64,000 nt of DNA from contig CAXXSR010000001.1 in NCBI GenBank assembly GCA_963662615.2, positions 1,408,001 through 1,472,000 on the forward strand. The letters are read 5' to 3'. Within the stretch, counting starts at the first letter, position 1; each line of letters starts with the position of its first letter. The translations under genes were made by a program, and so were the position numbers. The notes under the pieces were generated by a model. It had not been told where the DNA came from, ran no database searches, and saw only the letters and a program-made list of their open reading frames with translations. The stretch is from Dehalococcoidia bacterium. GTDB lineage: Bacteria; Chloroflexota; Dehalococcoidia; Bin125. This document shows positions 58,593-64,000 of this stretch, piece after piece.

Positions 58593-58730
58593 CGGTCTGT
58601 TTCCTTTGCCTGAGGCCGCGGCGTGCGACCCGCTGAACGAATGTCGAAAGTCATCCCCTGTCTTTGGCTGCGTCGATCACACGCTACGTGTCAACGAAGA
58701 CATCGTTGTTCTCCTTTCGGATCCAAAGCC

Positions 58731-58884
58731 GGCACGGCTGCTGTCCTCTCGCCTCCGTCTGAAGTCCCTCTCTTCTCTTAGCTTTCCAGGAGCGGCGGCC
58801 GATCGCGCCTCCTCTTTGGGCGGTTTTGCCGCAGGCAATTGGAGAGGGAGGCGGCCCTGTCGTTTGGGAGGGGTGGCGCGGCTA
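58731..58884 (-). promoter_or_regulatory. Conserved LuxR-associated element (copy 2)
   Basis: Reverse complement aligns with 2778-2931; preceded by a LuxR-like 3' relic (VEFAGLLGS*). Confidence 0.65.
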
Positions 58885-58934
58885 CGAGCCGAGGAGGCCG
58901 GCGAACTCGACCCGACGCGCGGATCGGGCAAGGG

Positions 58935-59225
58935 GGGCACTTTGAAGGTACGCCCTCCTGGACCCAAGACGGCGCTCGTCTCGTCATCAGAGAAGGCTAC
59001 CAGGCGGCCTCGGCATCCCGGGAGTGGATCACGATCGATAGCGCCACTGGCGCGGTGTTGCCGCCGGACGAGCCTGATCCCACGCCGCGCGTTCCCTTGG
59101 AAGGCACCGAACACGACCTCGTCGCGGGCGGTTCGCTCTTCAGCCCTACTGCTTCGCCAAACTTCGCGTTTGACGTCAGTGCGTCACCGGACGGGACCCG
59201 GGTCGCCACGATCTTGGAGAGGTGA
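58935..59225 (+). pseudogene. TolB/PD40-like propeller fragment
   Basis: PSWTQDG and SASPDGTRVA motifs; no clear start. Confidence 0.4.
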
Positions 59226-59328
59226 AACGCTGCCCCGAATCGAACCCATCATCGGAGCGCGCCAACGCGGTGGCATGGGTGCCTCTCCCTGATGTTCCCG
59301 CTCCCCGCGATACAGCCTAGCTCCTGAA

Positions 59329-59805
59329 CTACCCCACCAACCCCAGCCCCCGCAGCCGACGCACCGCCGCCGCCGCCGACACGTCAAACCGGCCCGCCAT
59401 CGCCCCCGCGCTCGCCCGCCCCTCCCGACGCAGCCGCCGCCACTCCGTCCGCACCAGCAACGCCGGCATCAGCAGCTCCGCCGCGAACGCATCGCACAGC
59501 GCCTCTCGCACCGGCGCCCCGAACACAGCGCGGCCATCCAACCCCGCATCGATCAGGACCATATGCCCCAGCTCATGCGCCAGCGTGAACCGCGCCCGAC
59601 GCCGCCCATCGCCACCGTTGAGAATGATCACCCAGCGCCCGCCGATGCGCTGCAGCCCCCCGCGCAGCCCCGAGTGCAGCGCGTCCTCCAGCACTACAAC
59701 GTCGCGCGGCCCCAGCCGCTGCGCGCAGTCCAGCACCGACACCGGCGCGACTGCCCCCACCGGCGCCGCCAGCTGCGCCGCCAGCCGCCGCATCGACTGC
59801 AGCAT
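59329..59805 (-). CDS. ImmA/IrrE-family metallopeptidase
   Basis: RARFTLAHELGH, EALCDAFAAELLMP, FDVS. Confidence 0.88.
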   Translation of the reverse strand: MLQSMRRLAAQLAAPVGAVAPVSVLDCAQRLGPRDVVVLEDALHSGLRGGLQRIGGRWVIILNGGDGRRRARFTLAHELGHMVLIDAGLDGRAVFGAPVREALCDAFAAELLMPALLVRTEWRRLRREGRASAGAMAGRFDVSAAAAVRRLRGLGLVG

Positions 59806-59854
59806 CGGCAACGCTTCCAGCTTGAACTTCCGGCTTGAAACGGTCGGCAAACGG

Positions 59855-60295
59855 TCAGGCGTCCGGCTCGGCCTCGGCCTCGCTCGACTCCAGGAGGCGG
59901 CGGGCGCCCTCGAACGCGTCGTCGATCGATGCGTGGGCGGCGGCGCGCTCCGGCTCGCCCGCATATAGCAGTTCCCAGTCCTCGCGCGTGGCTGGGCGCG
60001 GCAGCATCTCGCGACGCTTCCGCTCAAAGCCAGGGTTGGTGAAGTACTCAATGCTCCGCCCGGTCAGATCGGCAACGCGCTGGAGCGTATGGACGTCTAT
60101 GCCCCGACGCCCGCGCTCAATGTCGGACAGCCAGTTCTTCTTCCGCCCCACCTGCCCGGCCAGCTCCTCCTGCGTCAGACCGGCTCGCTGGCGTGCCTCC
60201 CGCAGCCGGCGCCCCAGCGCGGCGCGGCTCGCGGATGTCACCCGCGCATCCAGCTCCTCGCTGTCGTTCTCGGGCTCCGGCGCCGACGTCGTCAT
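59855..60295 (-). CDS. XRE-family HTH repressor (ImmR-like)
   Basis: LGRRLREARQRAGLTQEELA..LSDIERG. Confidence 0.9.
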   Translation of the reverse strand: MTTSAPEPENDSEELDARVTSASRAALGRRLREARQRAGLTQEELAGQVGRKKNWLSDIERGRRGIDVHTLQRVADLTGRSIEYFTNPGFERKRREMLPRPATREDWELLYAGEPERAAAHASIDDAFEGARRLLESSEAEAEPDA

Positions 60296-60496
60296 CGCGC
60301 TCCGTCCTCCCCGCTCTCACGGACACGGCTCGCACCTGCAACCGCACCGCGCATCCCCGTCGATCCGCGCCCGCTTGCGGTCCGGTCTCGTGAATGCTAC
60401 CATACATCCGCGATGCGCGAACTCGCAAGCGCCTCGCCCTAGCCCCTGATTCCAGCATTGCCATCGACTCACGATGCGCGCAGACCGGAGCGCCTC

Positions 60497-60814
60497 GTGA
60501 GTCAACCGTCATTCGACCCTGCCCCTCGCCATCCCCCAGCCCGCCCAGCCGCCACCCCAGCCTCCCTCGCGGCGGCCCATCCGCGAACGACGGCGGCGAC
60601 CCCCTGCCGCCACCGCTGGCATGTCGCCGCCGAGCCCCAAGCCAACGGCTATCCCGCCGCCTGTCGCCGCTGCGGTCGCACCCGCACCTTCCCCCTCGCC
60701 GACGACCTCTACGACTTCAACGAACCGCTGCCGCGCTGGGACGAACTCCCCGGCCTCGGCTGGAGCAGCCCCGACCCCACCGACGCCCTCCACGATCACT
60801 TCGACGTCGCCTAG
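60497..60814 (+). CDS. Small Zn-binding protein divergent from XRE
   Basis: GGAG RBS + GTG; CRHRW..CRRCGRTRTF. Confidence 0.6.
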   Translation: MSQPSFDPAPRHPPARPAATPASLAAAHPRTTAATPCRHRWHVAAEPQANGYPAACRRCGRTRTFPLADDLYDFNEPLPRWDELPGLGWSSPDPTDALHDHFDVA

Positions 60815-60878
60815 CGGCGATATCCCCGAGCGACCATGTCCCGAGCGACGATGTCCCCTAGCAACAGCCCCGCACCTG

Positions 60879-61088
60879 CTAGCCGTACGCCCAGCCCTCC
60901 TTGACCAGCAACCGACGACGGATCACGCGCAGCCGCAGATGCGCCCGGCACACCGCCACCCGCACGTCCGCCACCCCCTCACCCCGGCGCCGGCCCTCCC
61001 GCACCGCCCAGCGCCGCACCCACAGCCGCCGCTCTGCCTCCCGCTCGCAGAAATGGCAGCGCCCATCGCCGTCGATGATAAAGAACAT
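60879..61088 (-). CDS. Small CxxC..CxxH protein
   Basis: CHFC..VCRAH; start uncertain. Confidence 0.5.
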   Translation of the reverse strand: MFFIIDGDGRCHFCEREAERRLWVRRWAVREGRRRGEGVADVRVAVCRAHLRLRVIRRRLLVKEGWAYG

Positions 61089-61104
61089 CTGTTCTGCGCG
61101 TCAA
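61075..61104 (-). promoter_or_regulatory. Sigma70 promoter with LexA-type box
   Basis: TTGACG-N18-TATCAT with GAAC-N4-GTTC (61083-61094) in the spacer. Confidence 0.65.
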
Positions 61105-61183
61105 TCAACCAGGGGCAGCTCGTCTTGGTCGCGTCTTCTCAGCGCCATGTCGGCGAGAGCCACGACCCGTTCCGAGAGCGGAG

Positions 61184-61236
61184 CAAGAAGCCGGTCTGGA
61201 GTCACGTGAACTGTCCGGAAAACCGGGGCAGGCTCA
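61184..61236 (+). mobile_element. Solo IS3 right end
   Basis: TGAACTGTCCGGAAAACCGGGGCAGGCTCA, homologous to 12799-12827. Confidence 0.6.
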
Positions 61237-61323
61237 AACGATTCCGACCTCGTTGAACCGATCAGGATGGTTCGAGAACGCCTCGATAAGGCAATTAGGT
61301 GTCGCCTTGCCAGCGCTCCCCCC

Positions 61324-62223
61324 TCAACCCCGCACCGATGGCCACACCTCCCGAAACACCACCTCCAACTGCCGCAAATATTCGTCCACCGCCAACTTGG
61401 CCCCCGGGTCGTAGCTCGGCATCGACACCCCCAGCCGGCTCGCCCCCGCCTCCCGATAGCCCTTGAACGTGGCGATCAGCCCTCCCACGTCCTCCCGCAG
61501 CGGCGTCGTCCACTGGATCGGAAACGCGTCGGCGTCCCGACCGTTCTTGGCGAGGTGCGCCCTGATCCGCCCGACCGACTCCCTCGCCCCCTCGGGGGAG
61601 ACGCGGCTCAGCCCAATCCAGCCGTCCCCCAGCCGCGCCGCCCGCTCCTCCGCCGCCGGCACGGCCCCGCCAAATAGGATCGGCGGCCCCCCCGGCGTCA
61701 CCGGCTTGGGCAACATGCTCATCTCCCGCACCGTCGTGTACCGACCCTCGAAGCGCACCGGCTCCTCCGACCAACACGCCCGCAACACCGCCACCGCCTC
61801 CTCCATCCGCGACGGCCGCTGCCGGAACGGCGTCCCCAACGACTCGAACTCCGCTTCCTGCCAGCCCATCCCCACCCCCAGCCGGAAGCGACCTCCGCTG
61901 AGGATGTCCAGCTCCGCCGCCTGCTTCGCCACCAGCACCGGCTGCCGCTGCGGCAGCACCAGCACGCTCGACGTTAAAATCAGCCGGCTGCTGCACGCGG
62001 CCAGATACGCCAGCGTCGTCAGCACCTCATGTTGGATCGTGGCGCCCACGTACGGCCCCGCCGCCGGCCGCTCCGCCGACTCGTACGCGTACATCACGTG
62101 GTCGGTGGCCGCGATCCAGTCGTAGCCAATCGCCTCCACACCCTGCACCCAATCGCGCAGCTCGCTCACGTCCAGATCCCAGTGCCAGGCCGGAACCTGC
62201 GCCCCCAACTCCATCGACGCCAT
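61324..62223 (-). CDS. LLM-class F420-dependent oxidoreductase
   Basis: TDHV, LPQRQPVLVAKQAAELDILSGGRFRLGVGMGW. Confidence 0.92.
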   Translation of the reverse strand: MASMELGAQVPAWHWDLDVSELRDWVQGVEAIGYDWIAATDHVMYAYESAERPAAGPYVGATIQHEVLTTLAYLAACSSRLILTSSVLVLPQRQPVLVAKQAAELDILSGGRFRLGVGMGWQEAEFESLGTPFRQRPSRMEEAVAVLRACWSEEPVRFEGRYTTVREMSMLPKPVTPGGPPILFGGAVPAAEERAARLGDGWIGLSRVSPEGARESVGRIRAHLAKNGRDADAFPIQWTTPLREDVGGLIATFKGYREAGASRLGVSMPSYDPGAKLAVDEYLRQLEVVFREVWPSVRG

Positions 62224-62390
62224 CCGCTGCCTTCCCTCCCCTGCCATTCGGCCGCCTCCCCACGGACCGCCCGATGCTACCAGCGCCCCGCCCCGCCCGC
62301 GCCTACCCACGGCGCTGGCCCAGCCGCTATGCTCAATGCGGACCCGTCCTTTGCGGGAAGGACCGGCCACCCCATCACAACGAGGGCGTC

Positions 62391-62660
62391 ATGCAACTCG
62401 ACGAGCGACATGCTGGCGAAGAAGGTGTCATCCGCAGCGATCTCGCGGAAATGATCGACCGCGCATCGACCATGTCGGCCTACGCCTTCAACGCCTTCAA
62501 CGCCTTCAACGCCGTCGGCGACGCCGGCGGCAAAGGCGCCCGTCCCTTCCCCGACGGCCTCGCCGAACGTCTCGCCGAGCAGACCTACATCGACATCCTC
62601 CGCTACTCCCTAGACGAGTGCTCCTGCCCCTGCCATCAGGACCATCCCTCCCAGCCCTAA
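62391..62660 (+). CDS. Small hypothetical protein
   Basis: GAGGG RBS; (AFN)x3 from a 9-bp tandem; CSCPCH end. Confidence 0.5.
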   Translation: MQLDERHAGEEGVIRSDLAEMIDRASTMSAYAFNAFNAFNAVGDAGGKGARPFPDGLAERLAEQTYIDILRYSLDECSCPCHQDHPSQP

Positions 62661-62694
62661 CGGTTCCACCACCACCCCTCGCATCCGCCGCTCC

Positions 62695-62860
62695 CGCTCA
62701 CCCTGACCTGTCCTTCGCGCAGCAGAAGGAGCCTGTCGAAGGGCCTGAGCTTGCCTGTCCTGAGCCCCGCCGAAGGGCGAACCGCAACACCCCCTCTCCC
62801 TCCCCCCCCGATGGAGAGGGGGCCAGAGCCTGTCGTGAGCCTGCCGAACGAGGGTGAGGT
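62695..62860. repeat. Mosaic REP-like cluster
   Basis: GCTCACCCTGACCTGTCCTTCGCGCAGCAGAAGGAGCCTGTCGAAGG; CCCTCTCC..GGAGAGGG. Confidence 0.85.
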
Positions 62861-63241
62861 CTTAACCCCTCACCGACCTCCTCCGTCTTCGTCGCCCGCC
62901 CCATCGCCTCCGTCACCTCCCTCCGCGAGGGCGATCGCATCCAGCCGGCCACCCCAGCACTGACTTTGGATGAAGACTTCCGGGTTTGGCCGGCGGAGGC
63001 CCGCATCGAGCGGCTCCCCGCCGGCGCCGCCTTCGCCGACCTAGTCGAGGTCGTCTACACCCCCCTCGACGACACGGACCGGCGGCGGCGCGTCCTCCTG
63101 GAGCTCGTCCGCCTCGACCTCGCTCAGAGTGGCCGCGCGGCCGAGGCCGTGGGCAGCGACTACCGCTACCGCGGCTTCAACTACACCCAGCACCGCGAAG
63201 CGCTCCTGCGCGAGGTTCGCCCCTTCCTCACCCTGGAGTAG
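62861..63241 (+). pseudogene. Phage head-tail connector-like gene, 5'-truncated
   Basis: In-frame VARPIASVTSL..VEVVYTP..E.VG.DY.Y; no start upstream of the REP cluster. Confidence 0.5.
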
Positions 63242-63403
63242 CCGCAATCTATCGCGCCCCTCCCCGGCCATTCGCTCTGGGGCGGGCGGGAACAACAAAG
63301 AAAGCAGCCCCGCACCCACCCGTGACGCCCGGCGCGACAGCGCCGCCGACCACCGCCGTCCCCGAGCAGCAGCTGACTGGGGCGGGTGAGCGGGACAAAG
63401 AAC

Positions 63404-63739
63404 ATGATCACCGGCTTAGTTCACCGTTGCACCATCTGGCAGCCGCAGGGCGCCGCCACCGACGCCTACGGCCAGCCGGCGCTAACGGCCTTCGCCCAGA
63501 CCGCCACCGACGTCCGTTGCCGCTTCGATGGCAAGGAGCAGGACGCGCCGCAGTTGCTGGTCACGGCCACGGCCCCAATCGCCCTCAACGATCGCATCAC
63601 CAACGTGCAGGACCGACGCGGCGCCACCATCGATGCCGGCCCCTTCGCCGTCCAGGAGATCGTCGCGCCCACCGGCCGCGCCGAAGTCGCCTACCGGCGC
63701 CTCACGCTCCGCCGCCTCATCTCCATCGATCAGACCTAA
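63404..63739 (+). CDS. Phage head-closure-like protein
   Basis: HRCTIWQ..TDAYGQP..DVRCRF..DRI pattern. Confidence 0.55.
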   Translation: MITGLVHRCTIWQPQGAATDAYGQPALTAFAQTATDVRCRFDGKEQDAPQLLVTATAPIALNDRITNVQDRRGATIDAGPFAVQEIVAPTGRAEVAYRRLTLRRLISIDQT

Positions 63740-63750
63740 CGCCCCCACCG

Positions 63751-64000
63751 CGGACACTCCCGCTTCCCGATGACGACGACTACGCAAGCATCCCCTGCGG
63801 GAGCGAGATCGAAAAAGACGAAGGCCTGCCCGAACCCTCGGGGCGGACGCTCCCGCCCCCGATGACGACGACCACGCAGGCACCCCCTGCGGGAGCGAGA
63901 ACGAAAAAGACGAAGGCCTGCCCGAACCCTCGGGGCGGACGCTCCCGCCCCCGATGACGACGACTACGCAGGGACCCCCTGCGGGAGCGAGAACAAAAAA
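63751..64000 (+). repeat. Tandem 92-93-bp palindromic repeat, runs off the window
   Basis: Units start at 63751, 63844, 63936; internal CTCCCGC/GCGGGAG arms. Confidence 0.9.

Noticed and set aside
1-64000. tRNA, rRNA, integrase or reverse transcriptase genes
   Set aside because: None recognised by eye; a tRNAscan/Infernal run would be needed to exclude small RNAs

Overview
High-GC bacterial chromosomal window. Gene content (LLM/F420 oxidoreductases, class F sortase, DUF3500, small CxxC microproteins, a GAAC-N4-GTTC box) suggests Chloroflexota, probably Dehalococcoidia-like; this is an inference. Core metabolic genes (gcvT-H-PA-PB, pckA, acyl-CoA dehydrogenase, phosphotriesterase-like, thioredoxin) alternate with decaying accessory islets. 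Mobile DNA includes an IS3, a cargo-carrying IS1595 with TIRs and an 8-bp TSD, solo IS3 ends, an XRE/ImmA pair and phage neck-gene relics, plus dense modular REP-like palindromes. Most notable: (1) an OsmC-like gene with an in-frame UGA at the catalytic-Cys position and a SECIS-like hairpin, heading a glycine-cleavage operon that lacks lpd, a candidate selenoperoxidase coupled to lipoyl-GcvH; (2) an unnamed ~80-aa 'PGWN..W..WD..LNT..G..W' module shared by three secreted proteins, including the sortase; (3) a deiodinase-like/thioredoxin/haloalkane-dehalogenase cluster behind an all-in-one sensor-regulator whose downstream ~150-bp element recurs inverted 56 kb away; (4) an NYN RNase behind a promoter-hairpin-U-tract leader; (5) repeated duplication of gene starts and ends and in-frame REP capture by proteins. 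All calls come from reading the sequence; no searches were run. No rRNA, tRNA or CRISPR array was seen.
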